DNA of 61,878 bases, counting the filler, from Circinaria calcarea (Eukaryota): the NCBI GenBank assembly GCA_051942165.1. It is 13 parts of 13 records of this genome, joined end to end, with 100 filler letters (N's around TTAATTAATTAA, not from the genome) between each part and the next. Parts side by side here need not be neighbours in the genome. Positions count along the whole stretch, not along the records: positions 23,899 to 28,566 come from JAVECS010002229.1; positions 28,667 to 33,330 come from JAVECS010002230.1; positions 33,431 to 38,091 come from JAVECS010002231.1; 10 more parts are not named here. One strand, given 5' to 3'. The notes beneath the pieces were generated by a model. The model did not search any database. It was not told the DNA's origin and saw only the letters and a program-made list of their open reading frames with translations. Position 1 is the stretch's first letter, and each line of letters begins with the position of its first letter. This document shows, piece by piece, positions 24,502-35,799 of the stretch. A program made the translations under genes and the position numbers.

Positions 24502-25235
24502 CTTGAAATCCTCCTCTATCCTTCATGCAACGTACCGCAGCGCATATGGATTTCACCAATTGAGGGGGCTTGGATGCTGAGAGCTTCTCACTCTATCAGT
24601 CATGCAGCTGTAGTCCCCTTCGTGGATACTTGCGACAAGAAGAGGGCAATCTGTGGCTGGTGTAATTCTGTTAGGCAGTTATATGGAGCCAGCTGTTCGT
24701 CAAGCCCTATGATGCTTGGCGTGATCTGTCAGCTCTATGCCCGTTTAGCTCTGCCACAGCCTTTCTACAACCTATAGTTCATACAAGGTTCAGCGAAATG
24801 CCATTCATCGATCATTAATATTATAGAAGGGTGACAAAAAAGTCCTGCATTTGCATATTTTCCGAGTTTGACACATATGTCCAATCTTTGTATACAGTTG
24901 TGGCTAGGATGGCACATCACCAGTCTCTAAATTCACTCGAACACGTTATATGCTTTTGTAGTCACTGTTTACACTTTTGGCAAGCAGAGGTCCTTGTATG
25001 CCGGCTCTATATAAGTGTCACAGAAGCTGGTCTCCGAGACCGCCGACAGGGTTTCCGCGCTCGAAGACCTTGATAGACACGAGAGGTCTTCATCCGGGTG
25101 AGTTGTCATAGTCGATGTTGTGACAGGTGTGGTGGGTCTCCATGCTTCGTTGTTCGACTAGTCTGCTCTCAGTATTGATGTTATACCAGTAGTGCAAGAG
25201 TGACAACATACCTGCTTGATTTCAACCCTTTCAAC

Positions 25236-25469
25236 TCACCCTTCATGCTGAACCCTTTGACTTCTCCGACCTCTCAGCGTTTCATTAAGTGGGCCTTTCA
25301 GTATTTCTGCTACTGATATAGCCTTCGGTCCATGAATATCAATGTTCAGATACCTAAAGGTTATAACGGTAATGGCAAACAGCATAACAAGGAATATGAG
25401 GAATCCACCAAATACGATCAACACGCCCACTACCCCCCAGTCAATGAAAACGTCGCTTGTGCTCGGCAT
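25236..25469 (-). CDS. Small single-pass membrane protein, hypothetical (may splice to a further exon)
   Basis: 77-aa ORF with one long hydrophobic segment; a GTGAGT donor overlaps the stop. Confidence 0.35.
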   Translation of the reverse strand: MPSTSDVFIDWGVVGVLIVFGGFLIFLVMLFAITVITFRYLNIDIHGPKAISVAEILKGPLNETLRGRRSQRVQHEG

Positions 25470-26546
25470 CTCGATTCTAAGCTTGGCTTGTGGACCGAGC
25501 TCTGTTGTTATGGCTTTAGTAGGATTGTTGACTTGGCATTTAAATCCTTGCTGACTCGGACATCTCGTCGAAGAACTTGTGCCGAAGGACTGCCATTAGT
25601 GTCTGGAAGGAGGCGGCCAGTTTTTGACTTTCCACCCAAACCGAGTTTGATGTAAAGCTCGTCGAGTGCCGGAGTCGATGTCCGCCACTTGCTTGGATCT
25701 CCAGCAGCGGGTCTCGTGGCGTCTCCAACAACCACCTCACTAGTGAGTAGAAGGGCTTTGCTACATTTTTTTTTTGAGGGGTCACGCTCTCGGACAAAGG
25801 AACCATGACCGATATGGAATTGAGCGATAATGTAATCAAATACCAAGATATGTTGAAGACGGTGGTGTTGAATGCGAGCTCAAGGTGTATTGAAGAATCA
25901 ATCCCAAAGAACCGCAGTCTGCTTTCAATTCACAGGCTGTCTCAAGCATTGAAAAGAGTATTGTTGCTGTCATGAATGGGTTAGGTTCTAAGCTACAGAT
26001 GGAAGGCCTAAATAAGCCATATAGTAACTTGCCAAGATATACGATCCACAGCACGACTCTGATGAGAGTTCCGACGGTCAGACGGGGCACTAGAGCTTAG
26101 CAACAGCTTACGATAAAAGGCGGGGCCCGCGCGGTCGAGGATTTGGCGGTATGGATTTGCATTTGGGATGGTCTCATTCGCCACGTGTATAAGAAAAAGA
26201 CGAGCTGATTCTATACTACCGATTCGTGCGATGAAGAGCACACGGTCGAGATTGGATAGAATCGAGATTGGCAGACTTCGAAGCCATAACTCCTATTATC
26301 AGGTGTTACCTTGCTAACGGAACACCCATATACTCCATGTTCGGGCAGGGTAGGGCAGCCTACAGCAACGCACTTCATCGCGCCAGCAACACAAGCCAAA
26401 AAGCCCCCGGTAAAACAGCCATTAGACACTAATGCATCCAAGCTCAACAACAAGAAACTTTTTCTTCCCTGCAATGAGGAGGTCCAGCTAACGGCTGCAT
26501 TTCCCAAATCAACACCACGTAAAGGAAACCTTGCCTCATCCTTTGA

Positions 26547-27314
26547 TCACCTCCACGTACCGTACGACGGTGGGTAGTCATCGACAACCGGTTCTCCGCA
26601 TCCCTCACAAACCGGTCCCGGCCCGACGTATCCTCCACACCGTTCACAGGTTTCCTGCTGCTCGCAATCAATGTCGTTGTCGCTGACGTATTCGTTCACG
26701 GATTCATTACCGTGCCCGTTTCCACGTCCGTTCCTATATTCGTCCCCCAAACTGGCGCCAGCGTTGCCGCCGTCGGGTTTCCGACCTCCATGACTATCAT
26801 GCTCCTTATCCTCATCCTTATTCACCTCCTGGAATGATGGCATTTGTGATCCCCCTGGAATACTTGCCGAGGCTTGCAAGTCATCCCTTGACGGTACCTC
26901 ACGAATAGCCTCCAGTTTCGGCTTCTTATCAACTCTCTGCGGTGTCCAATCTTCATCCGCACCCAGAGATGACGTCACACTACCAACTCTTCCCTTTTCC
27001 GTCGGACCTTTGCCCAGCAGGGACATGACTGAGCTACGCCGGCGATCGAAAGCCTGCTTTGCTTGAAGTGCTTTGCGACGAGCAATGGTGCACCTTGCAT
27101 AAATTGTTCCGATTATAGCGAGAAACACGAGAATCCCAAGTATGACGATGAAGACGAAGAATGGATTTTGGGCTGATACGAATTTCCCTTTCTCGAGATT
27201 GTTTTGGCGGCGGAAAACGATGCTTAGAGAGTGTAATCGTCTCATTGGGGACACAGAGTCATCATAGAGCTTTTGGGGAACGGGGCACCCTGGTAGGGCA
27301 GTGAGAGGAGCCAT
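26547..27314 (-). CDS. Orphan single-pass membrane protein with C-terminal CxxC-x9-CxxC and PPxY motif
   Basis: Long open frame; TM FFVFIVILGILVFLAIIGTIY followed by basic residues; tail CERCGGYVGPGPVCEGC..YPPSY. Confidence 0.6.
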   Translation of the reverse strand: MAPLTALPGCPVPQKLYDDSVSPMRRLHSLSIVFRRQNNLEKGKFVSAQNPFFVFIVILGILVFLAIIGTIYARCTIARRKALQAKQAFDRRRSSVMSLLGKGPTEKGRVGSVTSSLGADEDWTPQRVDKKPKLEAIREVPSRDDLQASASIPGGSQMPSFQEVNKDEDKEHDSHGGRKPDGGNAGASLGDEYRNGRGNGHGNESVNEYVSDNDIDCEQQETCERCGGYVGPGPVCEGCGEPVVDDYPPSYGTWR

Positions 27315-28691
27315 CTCTTGGAGGAGCTGAGTGTTAGGTAAGATTGTACGAATCAAAGCCCGACTTATAAGAATGGCCACGATCGTGACAGTCAGTAGGT
27401 CTGAATGAAAGAAGTGCCCTTCGGAAGAAAAGCGTACAGGCAGCTTTCTTATGTATAAGGAGACAGCTGATGAGAATAAGCATTCTTCGAGATAGGCCAG
27501 CGATGGAGTACCTTGGGCCGACGTCCAAGCGCCTACGATTAGCTCTCGATCCATGCCGAAGCTTTTGAAAAGTGGATCATAAGGTAGTAATTGCAAAGAA
27601 GTCTAAATTTGTTTTCAGGTGCCAAAAGATTGATTCCTAGAGCTTCGTGCATCATAACTCACTAGTTTGCCTTTCTATTCCCTGGAGTGGGGCAGCGTTT
27701 GCAGAACCTTAGATAAGGGAGCTGTGCCCTTGGTCATAGAGTTCTAGCTCAGTCATGAGCTGGTGGTAGGAGACTTGGTATGGCGGAGTTCAATTACCGC
27801 ATTGATACTCGGCAAATAATTTTCGGATCGACTGGGAATCTGAGCGGAGTACACTAATCTTTACATGAAGCATCAACCAAATCCGCGTTGAGTCGTTCGG
27901 AAAGTTTGACTCCATACGAAGGTACAACCATGAATAGTAGCCAACGAAGTATCGATGCCATACTTAGGCCGGTGAACTCGCAAGTATTAATTGCGCAAAA
28001 ACTTTAAACAGAGCAGAGAGGAAAGTTCACTTCGGTAGATCACTAGGCTTTCTCAACAATACTAGATGCCATGTATGAAGAAAGAACAGCCGAGAACGAG
28101 AGGAAAGTCTCTGAGGGAAGTCGTAATGAAGAATCAGGATATATCGCAAAGACGAGTGCGATGAGAGAAGGGAGACTGCGGGACTTGGGGACTTGATTAT
28201 AAAATGGCTGGAATACCTTCCGATTTGTGAATTTACTATAGGGTACGGTCTGCAGTGTATAATAGAAGTATCCGACATGATAGATGGTTAGAAGATCCTG
28301 TCGTTCATGCTGAGTTGTCAGACTGTGATTGAAGTCCCAGCATCATTCTCAGGATCAGGTTCTTCCTACCCCTGCCCCTGTAAATAAACAACCTGGCGCG
28401 GCAACATCAACAACAAAGCCCAATTGTTTTCCACAACTCCACTCTCCCCCCTCAACATCCACTCCCCACAAAAAGACAGACTTTCTCTCCCGCAACCCTT
28501 CTACAACTCCCAATCCCAGTAACTCCAAGCCAAACAATGGTACCTCCCCCTTCCCCCTCTCCTGCTNNNNNNNNNNNNNNNNNNNNNNNNNNNNNNNNNN
28601 NNNNNNNNNNTTAATTAATTAANNNNNNNNNNNNNNNNNNNNNNNNNNNNNNNNNNNNNNNNNNNNGGATTTGGGGTTGGAAAGGGCTCAC

Positions 28692-28767
28692 CGCCGCAGT
28701 AGATGACATGGCGGGCTTGGGGTTCTGTTGGTGCTGTGGTCGGAGCGGAGTCTGCAGTTGTGGCCAT
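28692..28767 (-). CDS. TMA22: Translation machinery-associated protein 22 (DENR), first exon only
   Basis: MATTADSAPTTAPTEPQARHVIYCG, then a GTGAGC donor; matches the Tma22 N-terminal V.YCGVC motif. Confidence 0.6.
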
Positions 28768-29065
28768 TGTGGATATGATCGGTAGGTGATGGGGGCTTTG
28801 GTCGTGAGTAGGGTAAAAGGTAGGAATGGGGGAAGGAAGGGGCTTGGCAGTGCTACGCGAGATCAGAAATATCGTTGCCCCTCGAGTCAACTTTGGAAAG
28901 GGGTTACTCAGAGTAATTTTGTGCGTTGCAGCAATTCAATAATTACGTTGAAAGGATTGAGAACCGGTGACAAAATTATCTCTATTAGATGCCAGGGACT
29001 CATCCTGATGAATTACATAGGACCATCACAGCAATGTGAGGCATATAATAAGGGCATAGGAAGGC

Positions 29066-30370
29066 TCATAACTCATCGAAGAGACGTAACCTTGGATCCA
29101 CGTCGCCCTTTGCACCTACCTGCTCACTAGAGGTCGGATTCCGCGGCTCTGCATACGTCGATTCTGACTGCGCGGCTGCCCCCTCTGCCACATGCAGCCT
29201 CTCCAATTCTGCCAACCTCGCCGTCGCATTAACCCCTTCAATTTCCTTCTTTATTTCCCCTCCTACACCGTCCCCACTCCACCCCCTTACCACGACCACA
29301 ACCAGAAATAGGCCGACCAATCCCCCAAGGATTCCCCACAGAACCTGCACGTTCCTCCGACTCCTCCTCTTCCCTTCGATCCTTTCCGCCTCCCACACCT
29401 CCACCTTCTTCCGCGTGCTCTCGATTCTCCTCCCCAAATCCTGCGCCGTCAGCCGTGCACCCCTCATCCGTCCTTCCAGCCGCGTAATGCGGTCCTGGAT
29501 TTCGTTGTCGAACGATTGGCGGTTTGCGGCTACTTGGGCGGTGATGGGTCCGATGAGGGAGGGGATGGCGGATTGGGTGAATCGGGCATGGAGATCGGTG
29601 GCTTGTTGGGAGAGGACGGAGAGATCGGCGAGGGTGGAGTGGATGAGCGGGAGGGAGGAGAGGAAGGAGTAGTAGGTGTAGTCTAAGCGGCGGGTTAAAG
29701 TTGTACCGAGGGTTGAGAGCGTAGATAGGGCGGTGAGGAGATGGCTGGGGTAGGGAGAAGGGGTATATTAGCGTGGACAATGATTTTGGAATTCGGAATC
29801 GAGATTGGCTCAGTAAAACATTCGAGTGGTGATGGAGGCCCATGCTTCCATTAAAGTTTGACGTCTGGCTACATAGAATGTGACCAACAAACCGAGAGGA
29901 AAGCAGACTAACCTCTCAACCTGCCTCCTTCGCTCCCTCAACTTGCTCACCTCATTCCACATATCCCTCGTCTCCTTCTCTCTCTCCTTCTCATCCTCAA
30001 CTTTGGTTTCCCCAGCTGTCGCGGCCCAATCCCAAGCTGCCATCCCTGTCCTTGACCACCCCGCATTCCCATATTTGCCTGGGACTTCCCCATCTTTCAT
30101 GTGAGGAGCCCGTAGCCCGAAGTCTGTACGACCTGCGGCCCAGTCCCAATCTCCGATCCCTTTGATCGCATCTCCCGTGGTACCCCTGACCAAGTCTCCC
30201 AGGCCACGATGAGTTGGCGGCAGGGTAGCAGAATGTGGGACGCCATGGTTCTGGCGTCGACGGTGGCGATGCGGGTGGTGGATATGGTGATGACGAGGTT
30301 TTCCGGCGAGGGGAGCGGTGGAGGAGCGGGAGGCAGTGGCTGTTAACGGGGATAGGGATACCCCGGACAT
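29066..30370 (-). CDS. Hypothetical fungal coiled-coil protein with C-terminal transmembrane helix
   Basis: Exon 1 (His-rich, ends RRRQVE), intron 29912-29745, then in phase HLLTALSTL..TRRLDYTYY..coiled coil..VLWGILGGLVGLFLVVVVV..DPRLRLFDEL*. Confidence 0.72.
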
Positions 30371-31431
30371 GATTCCAGCGAGGGTTGAAGGCGTAGGTTC
30401 GGTTGTCAGATTAGGCGGGCTGACTAACAGTACTGCATCTGACAGTGTATGCAGGTTGTCTACTGGAGGATGTAGCAGAACTACTGTATGACTTGGCGTT
30501 GAGGTGCGGGGAGGACCGGGGGTGGATGTGGTCCAAGCTTTGCAGGCCGAGCAATCGAAAACGGAAACGGATGGCCAAACTGGCGGGGCACTCACGATGC
30601 AACAATTAATATATCATGGAGGCCCTGGTTCCACACAGATTCTGCGGGATCCCTTGTCAAGGTCGCACAAAGTTTCTGATCGACCGCTAGTGGCTAATGA
30701 TACTCCGCAAAGTGCATTTTAGTTCGGATGGGCCGGACGATTTTAAACGAGCTGCAGCCAACAGTCCCGTTCACCTGGATGTCCCCATTGCCCCCCTTAT
30801 CTCGAGACAATTTTTGACGAAGTCCATGCACGCCGTCGGTCGATGATATGCACGCCACGGGGGCCACTTCACCATCACTCACTCCGGCAGTTGCCAGCCG
30901 CCTACCAGCAGTTCGAGTATGGCTTTTGTCCAGGTATTCTATAGGGTACTTGACGAGGCGTTGCATTGGAGGGACCCACAACGTTGCGAGACCAAAGAGC
31001 TACAAGCTCCACCCCCAACCTACATTGCAGTATTGCCAATGAAGAGGACTTTGAGTTCAGCCTAATGGAGCGGTTTCCCCGCAGCCAAAACCCTGGGGCA
31101 ACAAGGTGGGAAAAAATATCTATGTAACATGAAATTCGAGATTTGCACAGCACGCAAGAATCCCTCCGCCGTAGCTGTGAAGCCGCACCACTTTTGAACG
31201 CCTTCGTTAACCGGATTTATTCGTCTTCGGCGGGAGTGAAAAGTATCGCAGCCCCAGCCATCAATGCCTGTCAAGCTCGTCCAAAGCAAATTCGCCAACG
31301 CTATGCATGTGAATAAGGCGGCCTTGTCAGACCTACTGGAATTGCAGGCGGGTAAAGCCCTGCCTCCTGGGATACGAATACCTCCTCCGAGGCCCATTGG
31401 CAAGTGTCTCCGCTGGAGCGAATGCCAGCGG

Positions 31432-33235
31432 TCATCTCCGCCAACCAACGTTCCATATTACGTGTGCAATGTCCCTTGCGGTGTTCACGGTATCAACCAC
31501 TTTGCCGAAGAGACCCGCGGCCGCTACATCATCCTCGTCTTCTTCGTACGGCATGAACATCCCAGAGGGCGTCCGCCGCAGACCTTTGCATTCCAAATCC
31601 GGATCGTCATCAGGGGTCGAACCCCTTGTTCGAGATTGATGGACGAATACGCTGTCTCGTCTGCCGGCGATGGATGTAGGCTGCCAGCTCATGTCTGCTT
31701 CGTCGTCCTCGTCGTCGAGGAGGAAATTGCTCGAGCGTGACGGTTTCAATGTTTCTTGTGATGGGGACGGAGCCAGCTTCGCCGCAACGTTCCAGAATCC
31801 GCCTTTTTGCTTGAAAGCTTGCTCTGCCGGGTCTGGAGTATCTCCTCGGTATTTCAAAGTGGTCGATGGAAGCATTGCTATAGTTTTGCTCTCGTTGCTG
31901 AAGCTAGTCCGTGGTGTAGACCGGTTACTGAGCTTGCGATCTTTACCATGTACAGCCTTCATCATGAGAATCCCGTCGTCTGATGAGTCGTCATCGTCGT
32001 GGATGGCATTGTAGTAATTGTCAGGTTCGTCACCGTCCTTGTTGATTGCAATACATTGCTCCACCTTATTATTAAAATGGATACGTCTCTTCTCACTCGG
32101 TGTTGTTATCCCGGATGACGAAGTAGACGGTAAGCTTGGAGGATCCTCAGTCGTAGCACCGTCCGCAGGTATCACTGGGTGCGAAGAAGCCGTGAAATCG
32201 GAGTACGTCCGCCCGCCAATCACGGGTCGAGCCCGCGACACCTGGGCTGGCTCTTGAGCTCGCAAAGCAGCTATAGCTTGCTTCATTAGTGTTGACGAAG
32301 AAATAGAACGTTGAAGCATGATTTCAGATAGGCTTCTCTTTTTCAGGATTGGCTTCTTCGTGGAGAAGGAGTTACTTCTCGAAAGATGGCTGGCCGGTGG
32401 AGCGGAGTCCGAATCGAATGCACTTGTGTTGCAGGTCTGGAGAGGACCGTAAAGCCAAGTCACATCGTGATCTTTCATCCTATTCTGCATTAGAGAAATA
32501 ATGTTCTCAAACTATCAAACGATGGCAAGACCAAGCTTACCAATTCAACGTGTCGGGCGAGACAGTCTTTAGCCGATACTTTGACTTGGCCCACGTCCTC
32601 CAAGAAGCATTTTCGAGTCTTGAGATGTTTCCGTAGATTTTCCGTTTCGTGACGATATGTCTCCATGAGGACCAGATATCCTCTTCCTTCCAATTATGAG
32701 ATAGATAATCAACGTGCCTCGAAGGCTCCTTCCTGACTGCCGTGTCATCTCCGGCAATTGGTGCCGGAGATGATACTCCTGGGTGTGGAGATATGGAAGG
32801 CGAAACGGTTGCGGGCGTCGTTGGTGGAGCATTCAAGGAAGTAGGAGGCATCACTTCAACGGAGGCAGACGAGTCTGCTTCCTCAACATTGTTGTAGGAC
32901 GCTTCATCGTCATAGGAGGGGAAAAGGATGTCGTTCTCCTCCAGATCACATTCGTCCTCGAGCGAGATGCTGCTCGATGGTGTGGACGCATAGGAGTGCT
33001 GGTTTGAGAAGTCTGGCTGTGACAATCGAGGTGAGGAAGGAGCAGAAGAGGGGAGAGACGGTGGGAGCCTCGCATCATATCCCGTGTGGGGAGCGGAGGG
33101 CCGCGTACTCAGAGATGAGCGTGGATAAGTCGGAGAGCTCGGTACGAAAAATGAAGTTTGTGAAGATGATCTGCGTAAGGGATCCGAGTCAAAGTGCGAT
33201 GGCATGTTGTTCTGTATCGAAAGTACCTCCGCCAT
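31432..33235 (-). CDS. REG1: Protein phosphatase 1 regulatory subunit Reg1/Hex2 (DUF1752)
   Basis: RHVDYLSHNWKEEDIWSSWR..RLENASWRTWAK..LNW|MKDHDVTWLYGPL, KPILKKRS, PP1-docking RRIHF, C-terminal DTVNTARDIAHVIWNVGW. Confidence 0.88.
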
Positions 33236-33430
33236 GGCCCGTTACGGTGTCTGGCTGTCCTCGGAAGTGGCGGTGGTAAAGAGATTGAAGTTGAGAGGAG
33301 GTAGTATTGCCTGGGAATCCTTGTTCCCCTNNNNNNNNNNNNNNNNNNNNNNNNNNNNNNNNNNNNNNNNNNNNTTAATTAATTAANNNNNNNNNNNNNN
33401 NNNNNNNNNNNNNNNNNNNNNNNNNNNNNN

Positions 33431-33642
33431 ACCTTGCCTTCAACCTTTAGTGGCTTTGCATCTTTCGGTAAAGCCGCATCAGTGATGCACATGAGGCCTG
33501 ATACATGGCGGCAAGTATCGCAATGACAAAGAGTCAGGGGCAATGGCAAACTAGAAGTCGGCACTGCTGAGGAAGCAGTAAGCTGCCCACAGGCACAGGA
33601 GAGCTTGATGTCGGTAAACGAATCTGATGGTTCAAGCGCCAT
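33431..33642 (-). CDS. GFA/Mss4-like Zn-binding protein, 5' fragment
   Basis: LSCACG..LCHCDTCRHVSG (CxCG...CHCxxCR) motif. Confidence 0.82.
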
Positions 33643-34085
33643 GGCTGGTGAGTGCTATCGTTTACGTATTTTGGACACGTGGATTGATGCGCAAGAGAAA
33701 GAGATCGTCGAGAGTCTCGAAGGAGGTTGTCCTCCATTTACAGTTATCCCTCCTCCTTCAGCCCATTGGATTGTGACTCAGCCAAACGGCAAGGTGACAC
33801 TAAGACTAGTCTACAGAGGGTAAATCCGTAAAACGGCCAAGAAGGATCCCGTGTGTGTAGCACAGCTGCTGTATACAAGGGGAATAGGGCTTAGATTGAG
33901 GGAGCTTAGAGGCGGAGAAGCGAAAGCCGACGTCACCGATTGATCAACAGCCACAGACTATGAAACGAAGTTTCAGTGCATGGCAGCTGTCACTCCGAGG
34001 ATGATGGAAAAGACTTGACGCATGGCAACTGGGATTACAATGTGAAACAAACTGTCGGCACGGTGAAGCAAGACGGACTCTGACC

Positions 34086-35408
34086 ATGGAACCAGGTGCA
34101 GTAGCAGCGGCCTATACCGTCGAGACGGCCGTCGAAGGAACAGTGGGAGCTGCGATAGCCATAGCGCGGCCAACCATGCCCCTCAAGGCCACATTCCAAC
34201 GAATTTCGACCAGCACCCCCCTCCCGCGCTCATCTCATAGTCTTTCGGTCTACAAAGGTCATGCTTACATCTTCGGTGGGGAAGTCCGTCCTCGAGAGCC
34301 GGTCGACAATGACGTCCACGTATACACCCTACCGCTAAGTGGTGTCGATGAAGCCGACTATGAACGTGTAGCAGCACAAGCAGACACTGATGGAGGAGAG
34401 ACTCCGCCCCCGCGAGTGGGACATACAGCTTCCATGATAGCAGGTCGCATTTACATATTCGGTGGACGCGGCGGCAAGGACATGCAGCCATTGGAGGAAC
34501 ATGGGCGAGTGTGGGTCTTCGATACAGATCTGAGGAAGTGGACATACCTCGATCCTGTCAAAGATACGCCATATCCAGAGGCGCGTTCGTACCATGCGGC
34601 TGCAGCCGACGAGCGCCCCTTACCTAGCAAGGATGACTCTACTCTGAGTCCCGTTGGGTCTCCAGACATAAATGCCCACGGGACTCTATTCATCCACGGC
34701 GGGTGTCCTGTCTCGGGCCGGTTGGCCGACGTCTGGTCCTTCGATATAGCAGCAAGGACCTGGTCGCAGTACCCCGACGCACCTGGAGTAGCCCGAGGCG
34801 GCCCTTGTCTGACATTTGCCAAGAACAGGCTGTATAGATACGGGGGCTTCGATGGAAAAGACCAGTTGGGCGGACAGTTGGATCATCTGTACATTACACT
34901 GTCAACTTTTGATGACATGAGTGGCAAAGGAGACCTTGCGCTATCTCCACGAGGGGACTGGGAGACCATTCCCTTTGCCAAAGACATGCCGACCCCTGGC
35001 AATCGAAGTGTGGCTGGTTTCCATTTTATTACTGCAGGCCAAGGTCGCAATTTTCTTCTGTTAATATTGGGTGAAAAAGATGCAAGCTCCAAAGGCCATG
35101 AAGGTGCGGGCAATTTCCACGACGACGTATGGTCGTATCAGTTGCAGCCTGAGGGCATGACGGCTGCTAGCTTCAAGGATGCGACCAGACAGCTTGTGGG
35201 AGCGAAGACCGGTGAGGGCGAGTGGGCACAGGTAGAGATTCCAGAAGCCACCATGTCTGATGGGAAATTACAACGCCCAGGGGCAATAGGGTGGTTTGCA
35301 AGTGCACAGGCTGGAGATATTGACCCATGCAGCGTTGTGATTTGGGGGGGATTGAATATGCAAAATGAGAGGATGGGCGATGGTTGGATTCTCACAATTC
35401 AGACCTGA
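34086..35408 (+). CDS. Kelch-repeat beta-propeller protein (nitrile-specifier-like)
   Basis: Intronless 440 aa; repeated PRSSHS/PRVGHT/ARSYHA and YIFGG/FIHGG/YRYGGFDG kelch blades. Confidence 0.9.
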   Translation: MEPGAVAAAYTVETAVEGTVGAAIAIARPTMPLKATFQRISTSTPLPRSSHSLSVYKGHAYIFGGEVRPREPVDNDVHVYTLPLSGVDEADYERVAAQADTDGGETPPPRVGHTASMIAGRIYIFGGRGGKDMQPLEEHGRVWVFDTDLRKWTYLDPVKDTPYPEARSYHAAAADERPLPSKDDSTLSPVGSPDINAHGTLFIHGGCPVSGRLADVWSFDIAARTWSQYPDAPGVARGGPCLTFAKNRLYRYGGFDGKDQLGGQLDHLYITLSTFDDMSGKGDLALSPRGDWETIPFAKDMPTPGNRSVAGFHFITAGQGRNFLLLILGEKDASSKGHEGAGNFHDDVWSYQLQPEGMTAASFKDATRQLVGAKTGEGEWAQVEIPEATMSDGKLQRPGAIGWFASAQAGDIDPCSVVIWGGLNMQNERMGDGWILTIQT

Positions 35409-35799
35409 TGAAGGCGTGTAGTATTACTGGCCTGCTCCGTACATCAGGTGCAGATGGAGCACGATGACTTATATGAGTTTTCCCAGAAGCCGTATGTGCA
35501 ATGATGATATCATGCATCATTATATTAGGAAGACCTCAGGTTTTCTACCTGTAGCCTCGCTTCTGACTGGTCGAGGAATTGATATATTTGGTAAGGTGGC
35601 CCCTTCCCTAGGAGTCACTAGGCTCTTCAGGTAAATGCTATTCTCATTGACGATGCAAATGATGTGACCTCTTTTCCTTCCACAACCTCACTCGATTTTC
35701 AGCTATCACTGTATTCATTAACCGTTCCTTTATCGTTTCATCGCCCATGCATTCTTATCTAGCCATTAGCCCTCATGTCCATGGTGTTTGTGTCTAAAG

